NCBI GenBank assembly: GCA_965205025.1
Contig: CBDBFU010000012.1
Coordinates: 160,001 to 224,000 of the forward strand
Length of the DNA stretch: 64,000 bases
From: Candidatus Poribacteria bacterium
Lineage (GTDB): Bacteria > Poribacteria > WGA-4E > WGA-3G
Direction of reading: 5' to 3'
Shown here: positions 46,501 through 55,464 of the stretch, one piece after another
Layout: each line of letters starts with the position of its first letter
Numbering within the stretch: the first letter of the stretch is position 1
Translations under genes and position numbers: made by a program
Notes under the pieces: model-generated
Databases searched by the model: none
Seen by the model: only the letters and a program-made list of their open reading frames with translations
Told to the model about the DNA's origin: nothing

Positions 46501-46951
46501 CCTAAGAAGTGAACCATTAAGTGATACACAATACGATCTCGCTGAAGAAACTCTGGAGATAGCAGAAGAGATATTATTGCTACCTGATGCGGATACACCA
46601 TTTATACAGCAACAATATCAAAAAGTAGCAAGGGCTGCTGAGGTGATGGATGAAACTGAGTCTATTCTCGCGACACCAGAAACTGGTCCTAAAGCTATCG
46701 CAGCAATAACTGAAGTTATTGAGATATTACTGGAAACAAGACGTACACCCAATACTCCGCCTATTACAAATGCTCCACCTGCAACAGCAGCAGCAATAAT
46801 GTTAATGGGGGCTGGGGATGGTGATGATTCTGGACAAGCATTCATAGAGAAACGAGCACCTCAACAAACTATAGGTAGAGCAGGTCGTGTCTTACCTGAA
46901 GAATACCGACAAGGTTTAGATGTATATTTCAATATCTTAGAGGGAAATTAA
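43523..46951 (+). CDS. Large membrane-anchored coiled-coil protein (DUF4175-like) of the MoxR cluster
   Basis: Three N-terminal TMs, ADDDYG motif, Q/S/P-rich linker, C-terminal LPEEYRQGLDVYF. Confidence 0.75.
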   Translation: MNQTHSKENNINLPPRMKSALNQYKKRVWIIKLAEGTLAALFGLIISYLVVFGLDRLFDTHALLRGLILIVGMIGMVVFLPLKYYNWVWKNRHLEGIARLLQRKYPRFGDHVLGIIELASNRSDKYSSPALISAAMQQVDEEVAKHNLAEAVPMPRHRRWALAVGIPLIIIIIGILIIPAPSRNALARWLTPWRKVERYTFAQLDGETNKRVVAYAEPFNVNAQLKENSPWKPESGQAQYADQNPVVAERDESSYKFELPPQTEDGKLNLRIGDARRAIPIEPKLRPALKELIAKVQLPEYLQRPEPETVDIRGGIINIVKGSSATLEATITRELSEATLNNRPQKVDGTRIITEPISNDTTTEIQLAWKDNYGLTASAPQILQFEVKEDDTPSVTLGKLKNNQVVLSTEVLTFEIQADDDYGVKKVGLEWKGIESPIQNPEPDEGEKTVSAGSPTSESLIVPATFSIEREKIRPQSFRLRAYAEDYFPNRERTYSPQIVLHVLGPTEHFKWVIGQMQLWASAAKDVHDRELQLHQKNLELRDMTPQQLDTPAQRKVLQNQAAAERTNAAKLDSLIGSGVELLQEATKNDEFDPDQLNSWAEMLNKLEEIAGKKMPSVADLLAQAAQAPGQQGNQNPSESSQQDPSQNTSAQNGQQSQGTNNSESPSDNAIADTKKYGPDDIFSAEDAEESEETDDPNKPGNVAGVDRSKPAAGESPGTAPPNNPAPTVGDVESGFNKPEKPNDAPPGQMVGGLGLATTTLKGSGREEQENEQDEQDPSASDFVIQAVEIQKELLDAFSEVSDEIKRLLAGLENSTFVKRLKAASRKQIDVAVDLNKMDAFGLANRASNNQEQRKRIAYIEDTEAKTVNTIIQDMAAYVDRRPNEAYLRVLKEMEDATVATEMKAIITAINRNMVGVSTIEAEYWADTFDRWAEQLVGPMPPPSGEGGYMELPNLPPEIILRVLRVIDREMQLREETREVEQARNALTEDEYYLRSEPLSDTQYDLAEETLEIAEEILLLPDADTPFIQQQYQKVARAAEVMDETESILATPETGPKAIAAITEVIEILLETRRTPNTPPITNAPPATAAAIMLMGAGDGDDSGQAFIEKRAPQQTIGRAGRVLPEEYRQGLDVYFNILEGN

Positions 46952-46971
46952 ATCACCTATCAGAAACATCT

Positions 46972-47940
46972 ATGGAAAAACAGAAGAATGCTATTCCTTT
47001 TGAGATGTTTGCCAGTTTCAAAAGAATTGAGAATGGAAATCCGATTATTGCATTATCACCTCCATTATGGGCAGCAGCAACACACGCCATCGTTGTTGAT
47101 GATACGGTTCATTATATCTGGTGTAAACGTGAAATACCTATTTCCATTGATACTGGAAAAAGACAGGTCCGTTGGGTAATGATGCACGCAACGGCACCAA
47201 CAGATGATCTTACAAATATCACACAGGATGCTCGAAACCCTATACTTGAACCAACAATAAACGAATTCGATAACGCTTCTGTCGAATATCCCTTCCCATT
47301 CTTAAATCCTGCTGATGGGAAGTATTACATGTATTACCGGGGATCAGGGAAAACAACTCCTGAGCAAACGGGTTTACTTGTAAGTGATGGGGATCTTGGA
47401 AAATGGGAACGTGTCAAATCAACACCTGTCATTCCAGCTGATACAGAACACGAACAATTTGGATCTACGCACCCTTCCGTGGCAATTGATGGTGATACGA
47501 TTCATATAATATATACAGGAAAGGCAACAAAGTCATTCGGTGAAGGATTGACGATGTGTCATGCAACCGCTCCAATAAATGATCCATCAGCAGTGACAAA
47601 AAACCCAAATAATCCAGTTTTTACTGGCAGCGGGGAAGAATGGGATTCAAAAGCAGTACGTGAAACAGAATTATACAAAGGTCCAAACTATTATCATATA
47701 CTCTATGGTGGATTTGACGGAGATGTCTGGCGTATAGGTCATGTTCGTACCCGTGATTTTCACGAATTTGAACCAAATCCCTATAACCCGGTGTTTACAC
47801 CATCCGAAAATCCTGAACACTTCGATTGTGATGGTGTTCTAACAGGGCAGATCATAAAAATAGATCAGACTTACTATATGTTATACGCAGGTAAAAAGGG
47901 ACAAGAATGGCAAACAGGACTCGCAACTATCTCTGTATGA
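46972..47940 (+). CDS. Glycoside hydrolase-like five-bladed beta-propeller (GH32/43/130-like)
   Basis: Repeated NP(I/V)(L/F), YYMYY-G, YYMLYAG, GLA; no signal peptide. Confidence 0.7.
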   Translation: MEKQKNAIPFEMFASFKRIENGNPIIALSPPLWAAATHAIVVDDTVHYIWCKREIPISIDTGKRQVRWVMMHATAPTDDLTNITQDARNPILEPTINEFDNASVEYPFPFLNPADGKYYMYYRGSGKTTPEQTGLLVSDGDLGKWERVKSTPVIPADTEHEQFGSTHPSVAIDGDTIHIIYTGKATKSFGEGLTMCHATAPINDPSAVTKNPNNPVFTGSGEEWDSKAVRETELYKGPNYYHILYGGFDGDVWRIGHVRTRDFHEFEPNPYNPVFTPSENPEHFDCDGVLTGQIIKIDQTYYMLYAGKKGQEWQTGLATISV

Positions 47941-47950
47941 GGAGAACAAT

Positions 47951-49717
47951 ATGATTCGTAGAAGTTTCCTAATTATTCTGATGATAACTGGAATATGTAC
48001 CTTTGATTTCATTTCCTATGCACAAGACAACATTCCTAAAGGGGCAACCATTACAGTTGAGCTATCTGAAGCAGCAGCAGAACAAATACCCATTGAAGGC
48101 GCCGAGATTAAGCTTATTAGTTCAGACAATAAGGAGTATATAAAGAAATCAGATGCAAATGGTAAATACAAATTTACAGGTATTCCTGCTGGTCGATACA
48201 CTATCAACATCACAAAAAAAGGCTACCGAGACAGATTAATAAAACCCGTGGTACTAAGTGAAGGTGGAGAAGGGTATCAACATATTAAAATGATCAAAGG
48301 GAACATTGTACCGCATCCTATACTGGTTAATGTTAAACCCGATACAAAGAGATTGGAGACTTTAATACAACATATTAGCAAAGAAATTGGGCAATTATAT
48401 GGATTGGATGAAACCACTTTGAATAACCTACAAAAATCTGTTATGGACACTGTAAAAACTAAAATTAATAAAGATGGTAGTCTGCTTAATCAGGCGTATT
48501 CACAAGCATCAGCAGAGGGAAATCTCGGTTTATTAGTCTTGTTATTGGCACATCAGGACCTCAATGCCTCTTTTGCCAATTATCTAACTGAAACACAACT
48601 ACAAAGTTATATCAATTCTACAAAGAAGCGTCGACAACAAGTACGAAAGGCTTTTGCTGATATTTTCACTTTATATTTGGATCAGGTACTTTCATTTTCA
48701 CCGAATCAACGTGAAGACATAACAAAATTGTTATACAAATGGACAGATGGGAAATTATATATTATATCGAATCATATATTTACGGGTTCTTTGACTCAAA
48801 CTATAGTGGATTTTCTGCATGGTAGTACACATGGATCATTCAAGCAAATTATAACTGGAGATCAATATGAGATATGGAAAGAAATAGAAAAGTTAACGAA
48901 GTCTCTAAATGAAATGCTTATCATTGAACGCATTCAATTCGGTAAGAAGGTAGTAGTAAAACAAAAAAAGAGAAAAGTAAGTATAGAAAAGTTAAAAACA
49001 GAAAATCTGATAGAGATGATTCTTCACACACATACAAAACGGGTCCATACAAAACGGGTCAGAACTCTAAACGATTCAGTCGCAAAACGCTTTGCATTGG
49101 TGAATAAAGGAATTGTTGAACAGTACGTTGAAAAACAGAATAGAATTGTAATTAGAAGAACACCATTTATGGTTACTTATGCGGAATTATTTTTCTCAGC
49201 AGTAACCGAGCAAATTCCTCGAAATGTGGCTCTCCAACAACTGAAAGCTCTTCAAAAAGACTATTGGGAAGATTCCTTTTCTAACGATGGAGAAGGTGTA
49301 GCGGTTGTTGAAGATGAAAAGTTTGATGCTATGATTCAGGCTGTTAAGCAAACTCTTTTCAATCAAACCTTATTACAGAATGTATTCAATATAGTCACCG
49401 AACCAATCTATCAACAGACTATCAAAGATACATTATCTGAAGCTGAGTATGAAGAATATAGGAAACGACAGATAGAAATTCAGACAATGCGTCAACGTGC
49501 TGCACAAAATCTTGTGGTTGAATTTCTTGATATGCACATACTTCTTAACCCCATGCAGCGAAGAAAAATAGAGGAAATTGCATCCAAACTAACTATACCC
49601 ATGCTGAACGGAATAGGATTGCAATTTATGTTTCTTGAACTATATCTTAATATCAATCCGGATGATTTGAGTCCCTGGCAGCAGAATACGCTCAAACAAG
49701 GAGTTCTTTTAAAATGA
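47951..49717 (+). CDS. Secreted protein with carboxypeptidase-regulatory-like domain and helical C-terminus
   Basis: PIEGAEI-SDANGKYKF-IPAGRYTI-KKGY; 15-bp tandem duplication at 49031-49060. Confidence 0.75.
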   Translation: MIRRSFLIILMITGICTFDFISYAQDNIPKGATITVELSEAAAEQIPIEGAEIKLISSDNKEYIKKSDANGKYKFTGIPAGRYTINITKKGYRDRLIKPVVLSEGGEGYQHIKMIKGNIVPHPILVNVKPDTKRLETLIQHISKEIGQLYGLDETTLNNLQKSVMDTVKTKINKDGSLLNQAYSQASAEGNLGLLVLLLAHQDLNASFANYLTETQLQSYINSTKKRRQQVRKAFADIFTLYLDQVLSFSPNQREDITKLLYKWTDGKLYIISNHIFTGSLTQTIVDFLHGSTHGSFKQIITGDQYEIWKEIEKLTKSLNEMLIIERIQFGKKVVVKQKKRKVSIEKLKTENLIEMILHTHTKRVHTKRVRTLNDSVAKRFALVNKGIVEQYVEKQNRIVIRRTPFMVTYAELFFSAVTEQIPRNVALQQLKALQKDYWEDSFSNDGEGVAVVEDEKFDAMIQAVKQTLFNQTLLQNVFNIVTEPIYQQTIKDTLSEAEYEEYRKRQIEIQTMRQRAAQNLVVEFLDMHILLNPMQRRKIEEIASKLTIPMLNGIGLQFMFLELYLNINPDDLSPWQQNTLKQGVLLK

Positions 49718-50811
49718 TTATAGACAAAGGAAAATACGGATTCACTAATATCCATACATTTTTCACAGGACTACTCAGTTTCCTAATAATATGTATGTTG
49801 CCTATTGAATTCGCAAGAGCACAAGATGCAACACTACGGTTTGGTACAGGAGTGCCACCCGCTGTCAGAAGTATCAATGACAGAAGTTTACGATACTTGG
49901 CAACGACACAATTAGAGGATGGAAGTTGGAGAGCAAGTCAATCCGGGGCTGGAATAATCGGAATATGTGTCATGGCTTTTATGGCAAGTGGCGAAGATCC
50001 AGATTACGGTCCCTATGCAGAAAACATACGCAGATCTTTGCGGAATATCATCTCAAAACAGAATTCAAAGACAGGATATATGCAGGGGTCTGGACACGGG
50101 TCAATGTATCACCACGGATTTGCTACATTAGCTCTTTCCGAAGCTTATGGGGTTGTAAGTGATGATTTGCTTTGGAAGGATAGTAACATTCCTGAGAATC
50201 GAAGAAGAACTATTGGTGAATCTTTAGAACTCGCTGTTCGATGTGTACTAACATCACAAGAGAAAAACCCATGGGGAGCATGGAGATATTCTCCTCAAGC
50301 ACGAGATGCTGATACCACTGTCGCAGGTACAGTTCTTATGGGAGTACTCGGGGCACGAAACGCAGGGATTGAAATACCAAACGAAGCTGTCAACAAAGCT
50401 CTCAACTTCTTCCAGACATGTACAATGCGGGATGGATCTGTATCATATACACCAGGAAGAAGTCATGGCGGTGGTGTCACACGCGCAGCAATTGCCGTAC
50501 TTGTTTATTCTATTGGAAAGAGGAAAGATACTCCTGAGTACAAGTCAACTTCAGAATTTATTGTCCGTAGAAAAGACTATTCTACACAAGGCAGCTATCA
50601 ATTTTACACTTTGTATTATATGGCGCAAGCACTATTTCAATGTGATTTTAAAGCATGGCAGTCTTGGAATCAGCGAACTATTGAAAAACTACAACAGATG
50701 CAACAAGCAGATGGTAGTTTTAATAGTAACCATGGGAAAGCCTATGGTACCGGCATGGCTGTTCTTACCTTAGCCTTAAACTATCGACTACTACCTATTT
50801 ATGAAAGATAA
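49714..50811 (+). CDS. Prenyltransferase/squalene-oxidase-repeat (alpha/alpha barrel) protein
   Basis: LRYLATTQLEDGSW, MYHHGFATLALSE, GAWRY, QQADGSF; LPIYER terminus. Confidence 0.85.
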   Translation: MIIDKGKYGFTNIHTFFTGLLSFLIICMLPIEFARAQDATLRFGTGVPPAVRSINDRSLRYLATTQLEDGSWRASQSGAGIIGICVMAFMASGEDPDYGPYAENIRRSLRNIISKQNSKTGYMQGSGHGSMYHHGFATLALSEAYGVVSDDLLWKDSNIPENRRRTIGESLELAVRCVLTSQEKNPWGAWRYSPQARDADTTVAGTVLMGVLGARNAGIEIPNEAVNKALNFFQTCTMRDGSVSYTPGRSHGGGVTRAAIAVLVYSIGKRKDTPEYKSTSEFIVRRKDYSTQGSYQFYTLYYMAQALFQCDFKAWQSWNQRTIEKLQQMQQADGSFNSNHGKAYGTGMAVLTLALNYRLLPIYER

Positions 50812-50843
50812 ATACGAAAATCTTATGTAATTTGGAGAGAACC

Positions 50844-53273
50844 ATGAGAAAGTGCCTAATTCAAAATGTCATTATCCTTATATTATTAACTGGACTGTGG
50901 ATACCTACAACCGTTTTGTCACAGGAAACCCATTTACGATGGAATAATGGAGATTCTCTTCCAGGTAAGTTGATTCAAGGTGAACACGATCTCATTCGAT
51001 GGTCATCACCGTTCTTCTCAGATGAACTGGTTATTGATGTTGACGCAATAAATTCAATTGTATTCCCGCAAATACCTGTTGATGCTACAGAAACTTTCCG
51101 TATAGGAACCGTAACGGGTGATTCATTTATCGCAGATATTATTGATTCTGATGATAGTACTTTGCTTTGTAAAAGTCAACGTTTCGGAGAATTCCGTTTG
51201 AAACGTTCTGCTATTTATTCATGGGAGAATCGTGAGCATTCAAGGTTAATATTTGATGGTACCCATTTATCTTCTTGGAGTGTAAATAACAAAAATCGAA
51301 ATATTAACAAACAAGATAGACCTAATCAGCTTCAACATGAAGATTGGAATACGGATCGAGCAGGACATCCACACACAAACAAGCAAAAATCAAATATCTT
51401 TTATCCTATTGAATGGCCCCAAGGTTTTGAAATCGATTTTGAAATCTCATCCTCACTCCGTCCCCCAGGGTTCGTTTTCTCACTTGGTAAGAATCTATAT
51501 GAAGCATTACGGATTGAAACATGGGTTAATGAATTGGTCGTTGTTCAAGGAACACTTTTTGAATCGGTGATGAAAATTGAACCTGATCGGAGAAGTTTCC
51601 GTTTAAGGCTTGCTTATGACCAACCAAGTCAACTCCTCAAGCTTTTCGATCAGAATGGGAACTTACTCCTTGAATTAAATGAAGTCGTGCAAACAGTCGA
51701 ATCTGCTGGGGTCTATGTATATAACCGAGGAAATGATCTCACGATACAACGGTTGCGCGTCTATAGCCAATCTGAGTTTGCATTGAATCGACAGGTAGAT
51801 TTTACAAAACCGCGTGTTCATATGATGAATGGAGAGATACATTATGGACAGTTGTATGTTGATAATGGAATTACTTATGTCAGAAAATCTGATGGTCTGA
51901 CAAAAGACATAAATCTACAGGATGTTGATCGCGTTGTCATACCCGGGATGAAAAAGACTGAAATTGATCAACACGCTGCATTGACATATGTTGACGGTAC
52001 TATTATCTCAGGAAAGATTGAGAGGTTAAATTCAGATTCAGTTATTCTGAACACTGCATTTACTACAGAACCAGTATCCTGTTCTTATGAAGGCGTAGAA
52101 AGACTCCGTTTTCATTCGAATACGAATACAAAACAAGATACTGGAGATTTTGATAAAATGTTTTTTCAAACAGGTAGTCTAAAAGGACACGTCATTTTTG
52201 ATAACAATGATCCATCTCTAATTAGATGGAAACCTGTAGGTGGAATGGCACCATTAAGACTAACAAATTTACGATCTCTACGCATACAACGGAATAACAA
52301 AAGCGTTTCAAGATTACAATCTTTTGATATTAAGAAATTTCCACATCTATTACATCTCCAAAACGGCGAAGTTATACCATGTAGAATAGATTCTTATGAT
52401 AAAACTAATATCGGGTTTGAATCTCCTCTTCTAAAAACAACCACTATAAATACCTCCTTTGTCAAAGGGCTTGAGTTTACACGCGGAAAAACACACGGTA
52501 GAAAAGAAAACCGAAACCCAATTACAATTACTGGTGGCGATAAGCATCGAATTATACTTGAAGATGGAAGAATTATTGAGGCAGATATACTAAGAGAAAA
52601 AGAGGGAGAAGTCAATATAGTAATTAATGAAAATAAAGTAATGGCAGGTAATGTAAAATTCGTTATAGCAGGAAAAGGGATTGAAAACGATGCAGAGATT
52701 CTAAAACGTGGGGTTGAGTTGTTCTTTGATCCACTTGAGACAAAACCTGATAAATTGGACAAGAAATTAGAACGAGCTTTAATTGTACCCAGATTTAGTC
52801 GGGATAATCCACCAAAACATCTACTCATAGCAAATAATGGTGATATAAAACGAGGAACTTTATTAGCTTTCAACGGAAAGACTATCCAGTTTGAATCTAA
52901 ATTAAATATTTCCACAATTCCAATAAACAGAATTGCACGTATTGTAGATATTAGTGATGAGAAGACTGAAAAGGTAAAAAAACAGAATCAACAAGAAATT
53001 GTCAAACAAGAATCCCCTTTAATCACTAAAGAGAATAAGCCTTTATCAGAAATTCGGTTCGCTTTGATTCATAACCCAATTGTTATTTTTGAACCTAATA
53101 AGGTTAAAGGGGAAAGACTGTTAGGTACATCCGCTATTTATGGAGATATATCTATTCCACTTCAAAACATACAATATATCCATTTTGGAGAAAAAGCAAA
53201 ATCATTCAAATCCGTTTTTGCTGATTGGGTTGTCCGTCCAGCAAAAGAACCAGGATTAAGTGCTGATCGATAA
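50844..53273 (+). CDS. Large secreted hypothetical protein with repeated L-x-NGD/E-x-I-x-G modules
   Basis: Signal peptide; NNGDSLPG, MNGEIHYG, QNGEVIPC, NNGDIKRG. Confidence 0.75.
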   Translation: MRKCLIQNVIILILLTGLWIPTTVLSQETHLRWNNGDSLPGKLIQGEHDLIRWSSPFFSDELVIDVDAINSIVFPQIPVDATETFRIGTVTGDSFIADIIDSDDSTLLCKSQRFGEFRLKRSAIYSWENREHSRLIFDGTHLSSWSVNNKNRNINKQDRPNQLQHEDWNTDRAGHPHTNKQKSNIFYPIEWPQGFEIDFEISSSLRPPGFVFSLGKNLYEALRIETWVNELVVVQGTLFESVMKIEPDRRSFRLRLAYDQPSQLLKLFDQNGNLLLELNEVVQTVESAGVYVYNRGNDLTIQRLRVYSQSEFALNRQVDFTKPRVHMMNGEIHYGQLYVDNGITYVRKSDGLTKDINLQDVDRVVIPGMKKTEIDQHAALTYVDGTIISGKIERLNSDSVILNTAFTTEPVSCSYEGVERLRFHSNTNTKQDTGDFDKMFFQTGSLKGHVIFDNNDPSLIRWKPVGGMAPLRLTNLRSLRIQRNNKSVSRLQSFDIKKFPHLLHLQNGEVIPCRIDSYDKTNIGFESPLLKTTTINTSFVKGLEFTRGKTHGRKENRNPITITGGDKHRIILEDGRIIEADILREKEGEVNIVINENKVMAGNVKFVIAGKGIENDAEILKRGVELFFDPLETKPDKLDKKLERALIVPRFSRDNPPKHLLIANNGDIKRGTLLAFNGKTIQFESKLNISTIPINRIARIVDISDEKTEKVKKQNQQEIVKQESPLITKENKPLSEIRFALIHNPIVIFEPNKVKGERLLGTSAIYGDISIPLQNIQYIHFGEKAKSFKSVFADWVVRPAKEPGLSADR

Positions 53274-53424
53274 TCTTCGTTAATCGTTTTCCTTACCAAA
53301 CTATATGTCTCTTGTACGAAGATTTCTGATCCAAATTTGCTTTTGGGTAGTAGAAAATTCCAGTCCATAATTTTATTCTTTCTAACGTCACCATTCATCA
53401 TCTGAAATTACTATACCCATTTCT

Positions 53425-53667
53425 TATACCATTTCTGGTAATTAAAGTCTCATTAATAGAATCTCTTTAATGTAGCACAAACTTCATGAGGATTAAGTTT
53501 TAAATTCGGTAATTCCCATTTTTCCAAACTTGGTAGGTTCGGTTTCCTAACCGAACCGAATTTCTAACACATTACCGAATTATTATTTTAATCTTCATCC
53601 AGTTTGTGTAGTATTTCAAGACATAAATATCACCTAAACATGGGAGAATCATTTATAGAAATGGTAT
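53425..53667. mobile_element. Nested element: MITE A > REP loop > MITE B > REP
   Basis: Outer TATACCATTTC/GAAATGGTATA; inner ATGAGGATTAA...TTAATCTTCAT at 53486-53598; REP at 53532-53557. Confidence 0.8.
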
Positions 53668-53926
53668 AATTTCCACTTGAATACTTTTTGAAATATAAGA
53701 TTTTCCTTAATCAAATGCTTAACATTTGATAAAATAAAGGATAATCACATCCTCATCATACTTCCATTTAACATAAGCAGAACTATCACAATCCTATTTT
53801 TCTATTGAGATTGGGATACAAAAGGTAAACATCGAAATAACGAATTTACTTCAATAGATACCCAATTTACTCGTTATCTTGTGTAAATACAAATAAAAAT
53901 AACACCAACGAAAAGGAACACCAGAT

Positions 53927-55387
53927 ATGGATAAAAGACCCAATATATTGTGGTATTGTACAGACCAACAACGATTCGATACAATTGGTGCGTTAGGAAA
54001 TAAACATATTCGCACCCCCAGACTAAATGAACTTGTCCGTAAATCAGTCACATTTACGCATGCATATTGTCAATCTCCTATCTGTACACCTTCACGCGCA
54101 AGTTTCATGACGGGGATGTATCCTTCAACGCTGAGTGTTACAGGAAATGGTAACCCCGTTTTTCCGCAATACTATGAAGATCGTCTGATTTCTCATGTAC
54201 TCGCACAAGAGGGATACGATTGTGGATTAATAGGAAAACTACATCTCGCAAGTGCTTATGAGGCGCAGGAAAACCGAGTTAACGATGGATACCGGTATTT
54301 TCAATATAGCCACGACCATGGAAAACCGAAAGCGTTTGGACACGAATATGCTGAGTGGGTACGAGAACAAGGAGAAGACTTGGCAGACATATTATCAAAC
54401 AGAGTGGTCAACCAAAATCCTAAGAAGAAGACTGGACAGTTTCCTGAACCTACACCTGATTCTGATAACATACCACCACATCTACATCAGACTTATTGGT
54501 GTACAGAAAAAGCAATTGAATTCATAAAGAAGAATAGAAGAAAAGATCAACCGTGGATGCTAAATATCAATCCATTTGATCCACATCCAGGATTTGACGC
54601 TCCATGGGAATATTACCGACGGTATGATCCAGAAACTTTACCCGGTCCATACTTTGAAGACACCGATATACCATTTCAGAATAAATTAACCGAAGCAGGT
54701 ATTGATTTTCAATCTAAAGCAACACACCCATCTGAGTTTGATGGGAAACAGGTACAGGCTTCTTATTACGCTATGATTGAACAAGTTGACCATGAGTTTG
54801 GACGAATCCTCGATTTTCTCGATGCAGAAAACCTTCGTGATAACACTATAATTATATTTACTTCTGATCATGGAGAATCTCTCGGTGACCACGGACTACT
54901 CTACAAAGGCTGTCGTTTTTACGAAGGATTAGTAAGAGTTCCACTTATTATTTCAATGCCAACCCGTTTTCTCGCGGGTATATATAGTCATGACCTTGTT
55001 GAACTTATTGACATTGTCCCTACCCTGTATGAACTGTTGGAAATTGATATTCCCTATTATGTTCAGGGTAAACCCCTAAATCAGATAATGCGTGGTACTG
55101 TTTTTCACAATGAACACCGTGAAGCAGTCCGTTCAGAATTCTTCGGTGCATTAGCTACAGCCGATCAAACACATGCCACAATGTATAGAGATCAACGATG
55201 GAAGCTCGTTGTATACCATCAGAAAGGAATATGCGAACTCTATGATCTTCGGCACGATCCATGGGAACATCATGATCTCTCGGAAGATAATGATTATCAG
55301 GACATCAAGTGGGAACTGATGCAGAAAAGTTTCGATGCAACTGTTTATGCACACCCACAAATGATACCACGTGTCGCGTCCCATTAA
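53927..55387 (+). CDS. Formylglycine-dependent sulfatase
   Basis: PNILWYCTDQQR, CTPSR, GKLHL, PHPGFD, SDHGESLGDH. Confidence 0.92.
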   Translation: MDKRPNILWYCTDQQRFDTIGALGNKHIRTPRLNELVRKSVTFTHAYCQSPICTPSRASFMTGMYPSTLSVTGNGNPVFPQYYEDRLISHVLAQEGYDCGLIGKLHLASAYEAQENRVNDGYRYFQYSHDHGKPKAFGHEYAEWVREQGEDLADILSNRVVNQNPKKKTGQFPEPTPDSDNIPPHLHQTYWCTEKAIEFIKKNRRKDQPWMLNINPFDPHPGFDAPWEYYRRYDPETLPGPYFEDTDIPFQNKLTEAGIDFQSKATHPSEFDGKQVQASYYAMIEQVDHEFGRILDFLDAENLRDNTIIIFTSDHGESLGDHGLLYKGCRFYEGLVRVPLIISMPTRFLAGIYSHDLVELIDIVPTLYELLEIDIPYYVQGKPLNQIMRGTVFHNEHREAVRSEFFGALATADQTHATMYRDQRWKLVVYHQKGICELYDLRHDPWEHHDLSEDNDYQDIKWELMQKSFDATVYAHPQMIPRVASH

Positions 55388-55464
55388 CACACTAATACCA
55401 ATTTTGTATAACCTTACCACCCTACAAATTGGTAATTGATACTTCATTCGCAAGGTGTGAATAG

